From Euryarchaeota archaeon UBA10 (GTDB taxonomy: Archaea > Thermoplasmatota > Poseidoniia > Poseidoniales > Poseidoniaceae): a stretch of 32,271 nucleotides of DNA. Within the stretch, counting starts at the first letter, position 1. Each line of letters starts with the position of its first letter. Below, piece by piece: positions 7,715 to 17,040 of this stretch. Location: positions 35,643 through 67,913 of the forward strand of contig DAGO01000079.1 of assembly GCA_002498185.1 (NCBI GenBank), written 5' to 3'. The notes below the pieces were generated by a model. That model was not told the origin of the DNA. It worked only from the letters and a program-made list of their open reading frames with translations, and ran no database searches. A program made the position numbers and the translations under genes.

Positions 7715-8557
7715 TCACTGACTACCGTATATTCTGTCTGGCAAATCTTTGTGGCAATTGTAAAGGATGTCCTCATCTAATCCGGCTGCTAATAATTGCC
7801 GAGTGCGCTTTGGTACAGTCTTTGGCCCGAGAACAGCACCCGGTCTTCTGGGGTCGTCCATGTAATCGGTCTCCAGCATAAATCCGTGAGATGATGATTC
7901 GAAGGTATTCATCAATTCCTCAATTGATCCACTGCCCGCTAAAACACTAGGAGTTAGACCATGAGTGTATGACTCATCTACCCTTGGAGGTGCGTAATGT
8001 CTGACTAATTTCTCCCTTGCAAGTCCCGCTTTGTCTGCCATTCGAGCCAACTCACCATAGGTCTCATCTGATTCCCCTTCTACGTGTAGTTGCAAAGGAA
8101 TGTTCTCCTTGGCTGCCAACTGCATGGTTTCCAAAAGCAACGTGTTTGAGCGCTGCCAAATTTCATCTGAAACCGGCCAATGAGGCCTTCCGACTTCTCC
8201 AATTCCATGGGCCAGGCCTTCGTGAACATAATGCAGAGCAGTTTCAATGCTATCCCAATAATTCTCCTCGGCCCTATCGCCTAAAGACTCGAATTGGTGA
8301 GCGAATGCTGCAGGATGTGGCCCCAAAATAACACGGACTCCTAGTCCCAATTCACGAACTTGTTCTGCCATTGCAATTGTATTCGCATAAGCTTCAGAAT
8401 GACCATCCCTAGTCACTGGTGGAGATGCGAAATCGGGACAGTGGACGAGAACTAAATCAGTCCCACCTACTCGCAAAAAATCCCTTGCTGCATCCAAAAA
8501 TCTGCCATTCCGATTAAGATGGAAATGGTCGTCTAGGATTGGTCCATTCCAATCCAT
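7715..8557 (-). CDS. TatD-family metal-dependent hydrolase (amidohydrolase fold)
   Basis: N-terminal ILDDHFHL (the TatD D-x-H-x-H pattern), then internal LQLHVEGE and HYAPP segments typical of the family. ATG at 8557 is preferred; the GTG at 8566 would overlap the upstream stop. Confidence 0.65.
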   Translation of the reverse strand: MDWNGPILDDHFHLNRNGRFLDAARDFLRVGGTDLVLVHCPDFASPPVTRDGHSEAYANTIAMAEQVRELGLGVRVILGPHPAAFAHQFESLGDRAEENYWDSIETALHYVHEGLAHGIGEVGRPHWPVSDEIWQRSNTLLLETMQLAAKENIPLQLHVEGESDETYGELARMADKAGLAREKLVRHYAPPRVDESYTHGLTPSVLAGSGSIEELMNTFESSSHGFMLETDYMDDPRRPGAVLGPKTVPKRTRQLLAAGLDEDILYNCHKDLPDRIYGSQ

Positions 8558-8562
8558 CGAAA

Positions 8563-9102
8563 TCACGCCTTGAACGATTTCTTGTCTGCAAACTTAGACT
8601 TCCAATGTACTGCTGACATTGTAACCATGTTAGGGTGGCGAGCATTTAGTGCTACACATCTACCGGTTGGCCAAATTAGCAATTCCAAGTCATGTCGAGT
8701 GTCTTCTAACCTTAGGCAGCCTAGCCTTTCGTCCATTGAAGATGTTCCACTTCCAAGATTCATACGGATATTTTCAATTGGAATTGGTTCACCAAAATCA
8801 AAAGAGGCGATGATTGGGCCCAGTTCTGTAACCATTCCAGAATCATCTCTTCCCATTCGCAACATCATTTCTTTCGCAGCCGCTCTGGCCGCTTCAATTC
8901 GATGTGTGCCGTGAACAACAATCCTTCCTTCACTGTCGATAATCAGAGTCGCTCTGGGCTTATCGAGCATTTTGATAATGACATCGCCATTAACGACTCC
9001 CCCAAGTCTCTCAACGGCTTCTTCCAGATCTACACGAGGAGTTGGAGTGAAGCGAACAAGTAGATTTTCTACTCGAACTTCGATGCTACTAGAGCCGACC
9101 AT
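8563..9102 (-). CDS. Divergent TBP-fold (TATA-box-binding-protein-like) two-repeat protein
   Basis: Two internal repeats align by eye to archaeal TBP. RVENLLVRF..VDLEEAV...DKPRATLIIDSEGRIVVHGTHRIEAARAAAKEM matches RIENIVASVDL..LDLEKV...[22 protein letters not shown]. The second repeat is IIASFDFGEPIPIENI...LELLIWPTGRCVALNARH. ATG at 9102 is preceded by GAGGAGGAG, and the upstream extension in the track overlaps the previous gene. Confidence 0.5.
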   Translation of the reverse strand: MVGSSSIEVRVENLLVRFTPTPRVDLEEAVERLGGVVNGDVIIKMLDKPRATLIIDSEGRIVVHGTHRIEAARAAAKEMMLRMGRDDSGMVTELGPIIASFDFGEPIPIENIRMNLGSGTSSMDERLGCLRLEDTRHDLELLIWPTGRCVALNARHPNMVTMSAVHWKSKFADKKSFKA

Positions 9103-9104
9103 AA

Positions 9105-9902
9105 TCACTCCTCCTCGTTCTCCGATGGGGCGCCATCTGAAGAACTCTCTGCATAAGGCAACGTTTCCAAAGCCGTTAGCATAGAACTTCTCCATGCCTG
9201 TTGTATCGGTACAAGCAGCACTGCGTCATCGCCATGTGTTTCACGAAGACTTGCTAGACCTCCACGCAATCTTCCTGCGAACCTTAGGTCCTTGGCTCGA
9301 TTAAGTTCTTCTTCAGAATTCTCCCGATTCAACTTCCACCAGGTTGCTGCTAATGCGCTCGCTGCTTGCAAGCCATCCGGCTCACGGGAAGGTTGTTCGA
9401 CAACATGTTTACGCATCTTTTTGATACCTTTTCGCCATCTTCTAGATGTAAAAACAATCCTAGCCAATTTTAGCGGTCTAGTCATTGCTTTGGCTTCCTT
9501 ACCAAGGAAGTCCGCCCAACCATCATCATCCATATCCGGTTCTGCAAAGAATACTGCACGGTCATGATTAACCGCAGCTTTGTGCAACCTTCTAGGCTCT
9601 GGGTCTGGGAATTTCCCAACCTGTAATCCTTCGACTCCATATGCTAGCATCTCGAGATACAGACCGTCTAGACCGCCGTTTAGTATAGCGCTATCGAGGT
9701 TGATTCCAGGGTCTTCGACTTCTGATTTTTCTTCCTCTGCCCAGACCTCGATTTCCTCACTAGACCCCATTATTCCAAGGCCGTGCCAACTGATGCGCGG
9801 CCTCATTCCGTTGGGTAGAACAACAGTAGGTAAAACTCCGTGGAGCACAATTGTGCCGCCATCGGGGTCTTCCCAATGTATGTCATTCCAGTCAAGATTC
9901 AT
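9105..9902 (-). CDS. Hypothetical protein (265 aa, acidic; no family recognised)
   Basis: Long ORF packed between neighbours (6 nt after the giant gene's stop, 2 nt before the next start). I recognised no motif. Confidence 0.55.
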   Translation of the reverse strand: MNLDWNDIHWEDPDGGTIVLHGVLPTVVLPNGMRPRISWHGLGIMGSSEEIEVWAEEEKSEVEDPGINLDSAILNGGLDGLYLEMLAYGVEGLQVGKFPDPEPRRLHKAAVNHDRAVFFAEPDMDDDGWADFLGKEAKAMTRPLKLARIVFTSRRWRKGIKKMRKHVVEQPSREPDGLQAASALAATWWKLNRENSEEELNRAKDLRFAGRLRGGLASLRETHGDDAVLLVPIQQAWRSSMLTALETLPYAESSSDGAPSENEEE

Positions 9903-9908
9903 CTTGAA

Positions 9909-12900
9909 TCACTGATTATTGTTGACCCAATCACGTAGACTGTCAATGTCCCAACCTTGGTCAAAGTAGCCTTGGATTGTCGCTTGGTCCCATTGTGGGA
10001 ACTCTGCCATTGCTGCAGCCATTGCTGGATCTACATTCGCTGCTGGAGGCGGTCCTGCCGAAGGAGGACCTGCTCTAGGCACTTCAGCGTAGGATTTCTC
10101 GGCTTCTTCATCATACTCGTATTCATACTCGTATGTTCCATCACCGGAATCTCTTCTAGCAAGTACCACGACTACAACTAACAGAATTAGAATCAGCGTA
10201 CCTAATCCAATAACAATCAACATACCTGAACCAGATAAGAACCCTTCATCATCAGAAGCTTCTGCTACGTTGAATGACTTAGAGTTCTCTGAGCCATTCC
10301 ATAGGACTTCATTGGATTCTGAATCCACGATTAAGAAGTACATTCCACTAGTTGGTGTTCCGAACACTTCCAGGTCGTTAACGAAAATATTCGCCATTGT
10401 ACCTTGAGCAATCTCTTCGGTTGTCCATGTCAATTCAGTTGTTGGGAATCCACCATCCTTCACGGACTGGACCTCAAGTGTGATGTTCCCATCCTTTGTA
10501 CCGATGTTCTGAATTGAAATTTCGAGTTCAGGAACTTGTCCGACTTCTGGATTCTTCGGCGTCATTCGAACGTCGATGACATTGAACTTGGCTTGTTCGT
10601 GGACCAATCTGTACTGTGAGTTGTGTACAGGGTTGCTCGAATAGATGGAACTTATTCCGCCTACAATGTTCGGTCCGCCGCCTTCAATATCCCAACCTGC
10701 AGAATCTCTTCCCTCAATCCACATTACAAGGTCTACAGTGGTAATCTGTGCTTGCGTTGGGTCTTGTGGGTCTGGCCATAGGTCGACACATTCTGCGCTG
10801 ACCAAGTAATCGCCACCTTGAATCTTCAGATCCAATGGATGAGACTGCGCCTCTACACCGAATCTCTGGCCATATACAGGCCAAGTTAGGTTTGAATCAG
10901 CATCAGAGTAGAAGGACCACATTAGGTTGACTTCACCAGCAAGTAGAGCAGCGTTCTCTTCGATTACCGCTTCAACATCGATACAGTGCATTGTTGATGA
11001 TGGCATTGTGTTGCCGAGAACTTCTCCATTGATTCCAGAGCTTGCAGTCCATGAATCGTCATCGATTTCTGGCTTGCTTGCATCAACCTTGATCTTGAAT
11101 GATGCACATCCGAAAGCGCTGTTTCCATCACAAATATTTGCAGTAGAATCCGTCGCACCATCAGGTAGGTTAACCAATCTGAATGTGTATGTGTACTCAT
11201 TGTTCAGAGGAGGTGCTGTGATGTTGATGTTGAATGCACCGCCATCGATTGTGTGCAAGGTAGGTCCATCTGTCTTGGAACCATCTGCACCACCAGCAGG
11301 GTATGCAAAGTAACCCTTGCTACCGTCCATCATTGCTTCTTGGCGAGTTACTTCTAGAGTGAATTCGCCTTCAGGCAGAACATAGACACCGAAGTTAATT
11401 CCGTCAATGTATGCATACTGTCCTTCCATGGAGATTGTGTCACCAGGGAATACGAATGCAACTTGAACATCCTGTGAGTATGGGTAAGACAAGTCTGTGA
11501 ATGCAGGAGTAATTCCGCTTCGGAAGTCCAACTGAATACCATCGCTGTAGACCCAGCGCTGCTTGTGGCGTCCACCGGATTCACTCATTATTGATGGATC
11601 CCTATCCATATCCTTGATTCTTAGCTGAGGAATCATTGTTCCACCACCAATACCGATGATGTCCCAATTCATTCTAATCGGTAGGTCGAGGTAGAACTCG
11701 TCTTCGAATGGGTCGATTAGTCGACCTCCATCCATACGCAGAACCTGAGGACCATCGCTGCCATTACCTGCTTCAATGATTTCGATATCTGTTGAAGAAG
11801 TCCATGCTGTCTCATTTCTTGGTGAGTAATATACCACCATATCTTGAGCACCAAGGTCGATTTCGAAGTAGTTGATATCTCTCCAACCATTCTCATCGGT
11901 TGCTTCAACAATCAAGTGGTACTGGTTTCCAGCATACATTGTCATGTTCCAAGGCCCTTGGTAGAATGGTGCACCTTCGCTTGGGTTGTGCAAGCGCTCT
12001 CCGTTGGAATCTTCGATGAAGAAGTTCCTGATGTTAGGAGTCTTTGCATCCATTGATACATAAGTGACCAGGTCGTTCTCGAATCCAGGTACACCAGCAG
12101 CAATTGAGTTACCTCCAAGGTCTGTACCTTCGATGTAGATACTGACCTTGCCCGGTGGGTCTTGACCCTTGTTTGCATCATCACTGAATGTTCCAGTGTA
12201 ATTTGCGGTAGGCGCATTACCGTCGCTGTACAATGTTAGAACTACGTACTCATCAGGGTCTGCAATTCCGTCCATGTCAGTGTCGTGGTCATACTCGACC
12301 CAGTAGTACATGTCTAGGCTACTTGGAGGAGTAGGGATATCCTGTGCTAGAACTCTGACCTTCTGTTGAGCGCTTGGCAGTACCCATGTATCGTCAACTA
12401 GGCTTCTCCAGTTGGTCCAAATTGTCTGGTCGAAGTTAGCAGCCTTCAATACTGAAATATTGACCAAAGTAGGAGAATATGTATCGATTGACAAATTGAA
12501 TGGAATAGCACAATCGGAATCTGAAACGATTGGTGCTGGAGGACATAGTGTGTCTCCTCCTTCGTATCCATCAATCATGAATCGATATGTCGCTTGGCCA
12601 GCAGCTGTCGCTCCCAAGTTAATCGCCCAATCGAAGTCGCCGCCAATGACCCCAGTGGTGTTCGTTACTTCGACCCACTCTGAGACAACTGTTCCATTCA
12701 CAGTCTGGACATCCCAGCGTTGTAGAGACATGTTGTAAGAGGTCGGGTCAGGAGCAACATCCAGTCCTTCGAGTCTGATGCTGCCAACTAAGTTGATGTT
12801 CTGGTTAGAACTTGCAGATGCTAGGTTTTGTACGTCTCCTGCATTGTTTCTCAACTCAAATGCTGAGACCATTGCATCGTTCTCGATTGCGTTTCCGCTA

Positions 12901-15719
12901 GCAGGTGCCAGAACGATAGCACCAGGAAGTCCATTGACCCCGTTATCTGCAACAAGGCTTGCATACAGACGCAATTCTGCTGTGTCTTCCCATGCGGTGT
13001 TAATTCTGAATCTCCATGTTACAGTAATTTCATCTCCAGCCCAGTTGTATGACGAAGACTCCATTGTGACCAAGTTGTCTGGGTCGTGTGCTTCAGTGAA
13101 CAGTGATAGTTCAGAGAATGCAAGTTCAACAACTCCGCTTGAAGATTCCATTCTTAGTCTGGATTCTGCGAAAGCCGCACCTGTTGATTGAGAAACACTG
13201 TGGGTTGAAACAGCTTCAATGATGTCACCATTTGGATACAGCCCTTCAGGACTACCTGTTAGACTTAGAGTTGAATCGTAACCTGTTGCAGTGGTAATCG
13301 ATAGGTCTGAAAGCATGACACCTCCGCCGGAATGTGCTGAAACTGCCAATGGTACATCGACTTGAGCACCTGTTCCAAGAGCGATACCTTGGTTCAACTC
13401 TCTATCGAAATTGCTGGAACCACCAAGAGATGTTTCCCAATCATAGATGATGTCCAAGTCACTTACCTTGACATGAGTTCCACTAGCTGCATTTTGATTT
13501 GATACCGAGAAGCGGAATGTGGCCCACTCGTTTCCATATTCATCGATGTGTGATGCTTGCAGAAGTGGATTATTCATCAAAGACGTAATAGCATCCTTGA
13601 ATGCAAACATCGGGAACATTGTCTCATGCGCAATCACAGATTGATTAGGTACCGTTCCCAATGAAACTTCTTGACCACTTGCAGTTAATGACAAATCAAA
13701 GCCACCAGCAGTGTTGTCTGACATAATGACGTCTGCTACCTTGACATCAGCACCGATAGGTAGCATGAAACCACCGCCAGTTGCCTCACCGTTTGTATTC
13801 AGAGTAATTGTGGCTTCATCCATTGCGTAATTGACGCCTAGCGATGAACCAGCCCAGAATTCGGTCTGGCGACCGAATGCACCGAATGCTGGTTCATCCA
13901 TTGCCCATTCAATGTCTCCATCGTTTGCGATATCGATAGATACGCCAGTTGCGCTGTGACCGAATTCTAGGTCGAACCATAGTTCAGACAAGCCACAGGT
14001 GTTGCTGTAAGATACAATGGATGAGAATCCGAAAATTGGGTCTGTAGGAATCCATTTCTGGCCTACAGTCAAGTTGTGATTGGTGTTATCCCTTAGAATA
14101 ACTTCGATCTTTGGAGATTCCATACAATCATCGACCACTACCGGTGTTACGCCCACAATAGGCTGAGAGAATTTTGAGGTATACAAGGTCGGAGTGAATG
14201 AGTTATCTGCAATCGTCGGATTGTAGAATAGCGGTATATCTCCACCAGGAGATTGCCATACACCATTGGATATCATCGGACTTTGAACAACATCAGTATC
14301 GTTCATTCCAGTACCGATTCTAGTACCTATGCTCAATCCGTGCAATACTGCTGTGGATAGCCTATACTGTCCTGTATCGAAATCGAAACGGAGGTCGATA
14401 ACTGGATATTCTGAAGCATCAACGCCCCATAATTCGATGATTGGACCTACTAAACCAGTCATTTGGTTTCCATCTCTGTCTAGTGCGATTTCAGTTGTTC
14501 CCGCACGCAGAACTGAAACAGTCAGTGAGTTGGTTGGAGTTGTTTCTTGTTCTAGGGTTAGAACTCCGTAGCCGTCAGGGAATCCTGGGTTAGGAGATTG
14601 CTTGGGTGTGAAGCCCTTGACAGTCATTGAACCGGACTGAGGCAATGGGTCTCCAAGGCGGAAGTCATCGATGAACCAACCAGGCATGGTTGTGTTTTGT
14701 GGCACACCTGCACCGCTGTTGTGACTCAAGACGAACTTGAGTTGGACATACTTGTGGATGTGCTCATTCAGGTTGACTGCTAGTGTTGACCAGCCGTTAG
14801 GGTTCTGAGTAGGGTGAGTTGATTCTCCACCAAGTGCATAGTCTGTGCCAGTAAGACTGTCACAATTCTGAATCTTTCCGTTTCCACTACCGATTGGATA
14901 CAGTCCGTTTGCGTAACTGACTCCGGTTGAGTTGGTCATATCGAATGGAATGTAACTCCAACCTACTTCGGGTGGAGGGAATGAAGGAGAGGATGAGTTC
15001 CTGACCATTACATATCCACAGTCGTAGTAAGTGTTGGTTGGATTAGCACCTGGGTTGGTTTGAGACCAGTGCATTCCGTGCCAGCTTGAGAAGCGAGCGA
15101 TGAATGACCCTGGGTCAACTTCCATTTCTGGAGTTATCATGCTGTATGAGAATCCTGAACCTTGGTCATCAGTGGTGTAATCATTGTCGAAATCGTACAT
15201 ATTTGTACCCCAACAATCATTTCCAGTGTTACAGTTTTCATTCAAAACAAATCCATCAGCGAGAGTGCCGTGCTGCCAACCTGTGCCATCTGCGACTGGT
15301 TGTGAAACATCCATGAATCCAGAGCCTGTTCTCTCAAAGTCGGTGGAGAAACCACCGCTGACTAGACTTATTGTGTCTTCATGGTATGTGAAATCTGCTA
15401 GGGTTGAGAACTCGGTTTGCTGATTGTTGTAGACCGGATCCCATACATATTGAGATGTTTCAGAATTGATTGTAGTGTATGTTTCATGGGTAGCCATATC
15501 TGTGGAAACTTTCACTGATGCGCTTGTAACCGTGTCACCTGAAGGTATTGTCACGGTTCCATCTACGATGTTTGTGTAGTCTGGTCCGTCTCGAACTTCA
15601 ACGGTTACTTCGCTATCTCCGCCGCTAAATGTAGTCACATTTGCTGCGCCTGCAATAGGAGCAATCAGCATAATACCTGTGAAAACCAAAGCGGTAATTG
15701 CACTCTTTTTGTCTGTCAT
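9909..15719 (-). CDS. Giant (1936 aa) secreted surface/adhesin-like protein with a C-terminal TM anchor and cytoplasmic tail
   Basis: N-terminal signal/anchor MTDKKSAITALVFTGIMLIAPIAGAANV. Long Thr/Ser/Asn/Gly/Asp-rich ectodomain. TM segment GMLIVIGLGTLILILLVVVVVLARR. Tail GTYEYEYEYDEEAEK...PRAGPPSAGPPPAA...GWDIDSLRDWVNNNQ. SD-like GAGGGTGG upstream of the ATG. Confidence 0.85.
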   Translation of the reverse strand: MTDKKSAITALVFTGIMLIAPIAGAANVTTFSGGDSEVTVEVRDGPDYTNIVDGTVTIPSGDTVTSASVKVSTDMATHETYTTINSETSQYVWDPVYNNQQTEFSTLADFTYHEDTISLVSGGFSTDFERTGSGFMDVSQPVADGTGWQHGTLADGFVLNENCNTGNDCWGTNMYDFDNDYTTDDQGSGFSYSMITPEMEVDPGSFIARFSSWHGMHWSQTNPGANPTNTYYDCGYVMVRNSSSPSFPPPEVGWSYIPFDMTNSTGVSYANGLYPIGSGNGKIQNCDSLTGTDYALGGESTHPTQNPNGWSTLAVNLNEHIHKYVQLKFVLSHNSGAGVPQNTTMPGWFIDDFRLGDPLPQSGSMTVKGFTPKQSPNPGFPDGYGVLTLEQETTPTNSLTVSVLRAGTTEIALDRDGNQMTGLVGPIIELWGVDASEYPVIDLRFDFDTGQYRLSTAVLHGLSIGTRIGTGMNDTDVVQSPMISNGVWQSPGGDIPLFYNPTIADNSFTPTLYTSKFSQPIVGVTPVVVDDCMESPKIEVILRDNTNHNLTVGQKWIPTDPIFGFSSIVSYSNTCGLSELWFDLEFGHSATGVSIDIANDGDIEWAMDEPAFGAFGRQTEFWAGSSLGVNYAMDEATITLNTNGEATGGGFMLPIGADVKVADVIMSDNTAGGFDLSLTASGQEVSLGTVPNQSVIAHETMFPMFAFKDAITSLMNNPLLQASHIDEYGNEWATFRFSVSNQNAASGTHVKVSDLDIIYDWETSLGGSSNFDRELNQGIALGTGAQVDVPLAVSAHSGGGVMLSDLSITTATGYDSTLSLTGSPEGLYPNGDIIEAVSTHSVSQSTGAAFAESRLRMESSSGVVELAFSELSLFTEAHDPDNLVTMESSSYNWAGDEITVTWRFRINTAWEDTAELRLYASLVADNGVNGLPGAIVLAPASGNAIENDAMVSAFELRNNAGDVQNLASASSNQNINLVGSIRLEGLDVAPDPTSYNMSLQRWDVQTVNGTVVSEWVEVTNTTGVIGGDFDWAINLGATAAGQATYRFMIDGYEGGDTLCPPAPIVSDSDCAIPFNLSIDTYSPTLVNISVLKAANFDQTIWTNWRSLVDDTWVLPSAQQKVRVLAQDIPTPPSSLDMYYWVEYDHDTDMDGIADPDEYVVLTLYSDGNAPTANYTGTFSDDANKGQDPPGKVSIYIEGTDLGGNSIAAGVPGFENDLVTYVSMDAKTPNIRNFFIEDSNGERLHNPSEGAPFYQGPWNMTMYAGNQYHLIVEATDENGWRDINYFEIDLGAQDMVVYYSPRNETAWTSSTDIEIIEAGNGSDGPQVLRMDGGRLIDPFEDEFYLDLPIRMNWDIIGIGGGTMIPQLRIKDMDRDPSIMSESGGRHKQRWVYSDGIQLDFRSGITPAFTDLSYPYSQDVQVAFVFPGDTISMEGQYAYIDGINFGVYVLPEGEFTLEVTRQEAMMDGSKGYFAYPAGGADGSKTDGPTLHTIDGGAFNINITAPPLNNEYTYTFRLVNLPDGATDSTANICDGNSAFGCASFKIKVDASKPEIDDDSWTASSGINGEVLGNTMPSSTMHCIDVEAVIEENAALLAGEVNLMWSFYSDADSNLTWPVYGQRFGVEAQSHPLDLKIQGGDYLVSAECVDLWPDPQDPTQAQITTVDLVMWIEGRDSAGWDIEGGGPNIVGGISSIYSSNPVHNSQYRLVHEQAKFNVIDVRMTPKNPEVGQVPELEISIQNIGTKDGNITLEVQSVKDGGFPTTELTWTTEEIAQGTMANIFVNDLEVFGTPTSGMYFLIVDSESNEVLWNGSENSKSFNVAEASDDEGFLSGSGMLIVIGLGTLILILLVVVVVLARRDSGDGTYEYEYEYDEEAEKSYAEVPRAGPPSAGPPPAANVDPAMAAAMAEFPQWDQATIQGYFDQGWDIDSLRDWVNNNQ

Positions 15720-15783
15720 GGGGCCACCCTCTTTCCTGCCCCAATCAAATCGGGCATAAAAGACCGACGGGGAAGTGTCTATT

Positions 15784-15811
15784 CGGGTTCCCCCCTTAAG
15801 GGGGGGACCCG
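15784..15811 (-). terminator. GC-rich 12-bp hairpin just downstream of the ThiI-like stop, followed by a T-tract/TATA-like TCTTTTAT on the coding strand
   Basis: Plus strand is cgggttcccccc-ttaa-gggggggacccg. It has one G-T/C-A position, so it is perfect only with a wobble on the plus-sense RNA. Confidence 0.35.
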
Positions 15812-15818
15812 TTTGATG

Positions 15819-16511
15819 TCAAAGTTTCACTACTCTAAACTTAGAATAACAGTCAGAAGCGATGTGCTGCAAGCCACCGACTCTCTCTTCAGAGCGTTCC
15901 AACCATTCCTTGTTAGCAACCGTGCTTGGCTTACTTGGACCTAGTGCGTCACAAACTTCTGGCCCTTCACTGATTTCTAGTGTCCCAATATTCCTTGCCA
16001 TGGACATAATCGTAACCTTATCAAATGCCAAAAGAGGACGTAATGGAAGAAGTGAACTGGCTATTTCGACCCCTCCCAAATTGCCTAGAGTTTGACTGGA
16101 CACTTGCCCCAAGTTCTCGCCTGTCAGTAAATGAGTTGCATCAATTTCCTCTCCTCTGATTGTTGCAATAGAATTGTACAATCGTTTCATGTGAATGAAA
16201 TATTCAGTGTGGTTCCACTTCTCGGTAAATAGAGCGAGCTTTTCGGCAACAGGAACTACAATCAAGTCGCGGTCTAAATTTTCCCTAGCAAGTTCTCCAA
16301 GCTTACCATCGCTATCTAACAAATATCGTAGTAATGCAATAGTTTTCTCTTCTGCTTCCGGACCCGTTATTGGTTCCTGAGATGCATGAACCGGGAATAT
16401 TTTCCAACCTTGCATTAGCATGCGTGCTACAGCGACGGGGGAGTCAATACCCCCGCTTACTAGAGCAACACAAACGCCGGCCATAGTTGGGTGGCGAATC
16501 CTATACCTCAT
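15819..16511 (-). CDS. ThiI-like PP-loop ATP pyrophosphatase domain protein lacking the N-terminal THUMP module
   Basis: VALVSGGIDSPVAVARM matches the ThiI PP-loop SGGxDS(P). At ~220-230 aa it covers only the AANH domain. Alternative ATG at 16484. Confidence 0.65.
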   Translation of the reverse strand: MRYRIRHPTMAGVCVALVSGGIDSPVAVARMLMQGWKIFPVHASQEPITGPEAEEKTIALLRYLLDSDGKLGELARENLDRDLIVVPVAEKLALFTEKWNHTEYFIHMKRLYNSIATIRGEEIDATHLLTGENLGQVSSQTLGNLGGVEIASSLLPLRPLLAFDKVTIMSMARNIGTLEISEGPEVCDALGPSKPSTVANKEWLERSEERVGGLQHIASDCYSKFRVVKL

Positions 16512-16578
16512 CAAATCTTAGCATAATATGGGGAATTAGTACATGGATTCAAGGAGTTGATGCCAACAGCAGTTACCA

Positions 16579-17040
16579 ATGGAGCCGTATAGTACAGAAC
16601 CTGTAACCCTGATTGAGGAAGTCTTTCCTCAGGATACCAATTCATACAACACATTGTTTGGTGGTCGACTACTATCGCTAATGGATAAGGCTGCAGGCAT
16701 AGTGTGTGCAAAATTCGCACACAGAGAATTCGTGACGATTTCGATTGATACTTTAGAGTTCAAGGCACCAGCAAAACAGGGAGATTTAATTGAAGTAACT
16801 GGAAAAGTTGTTTTCACTTCAAACAGAACCGCTTGTGCGAAGGTAACCGCTTGGGCAATGAGCAAATCTGATTGGACAAAGACCGAAATTTGTCAGGGTT
16901 ATTTCTTCATGATTGCAATCGACTCGATGATGCGCCCTATTCCAATCCCCCAATTCAGTGCTGAAACAGATGAAGAAAAGGCTGATTGGGAGACGGCAAA
17001 GGGAATTAGAGAGCACATGCTTTCTAGAAAAAACAAGTGA
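16579..17040 (+). CDS. Acyl-CoA thioesterase, hotdog fold (YciA/BFIT-BACH-like)
   Basis: PQDTNSYNTLFGGRLLSLMDKAAGIVCAKFAHREFVTISIDTLEFKAPAKQGDLIEVTGKV is the classic acyl-CoA hydrolase hotdog pattern. Confidence 0.8.
   Translation: MEPYSTEPVTLIEEVFPQDTNSYNTLFGGRLLSLMDKAAGIVCAKFAHREFVTISIDTLEFKAPAKQGDLIEVTGKVVFTSNRTACAKVTAWAMSKSDWTKTEICQGYFFMIAIDSMMRPIPIPQFSAETDEEKADWETAKGIREHMLSRKNK

Noticed and set aside
9105-9902. TraB/PrgY/ChaN-family assignment for the 265-aa protein
   Set aside because: There is only a vague resemblance (AVLLVPIQQAW near the C-terminus). The GTxH/HxxG-type motifs I associate with that family are not evident.
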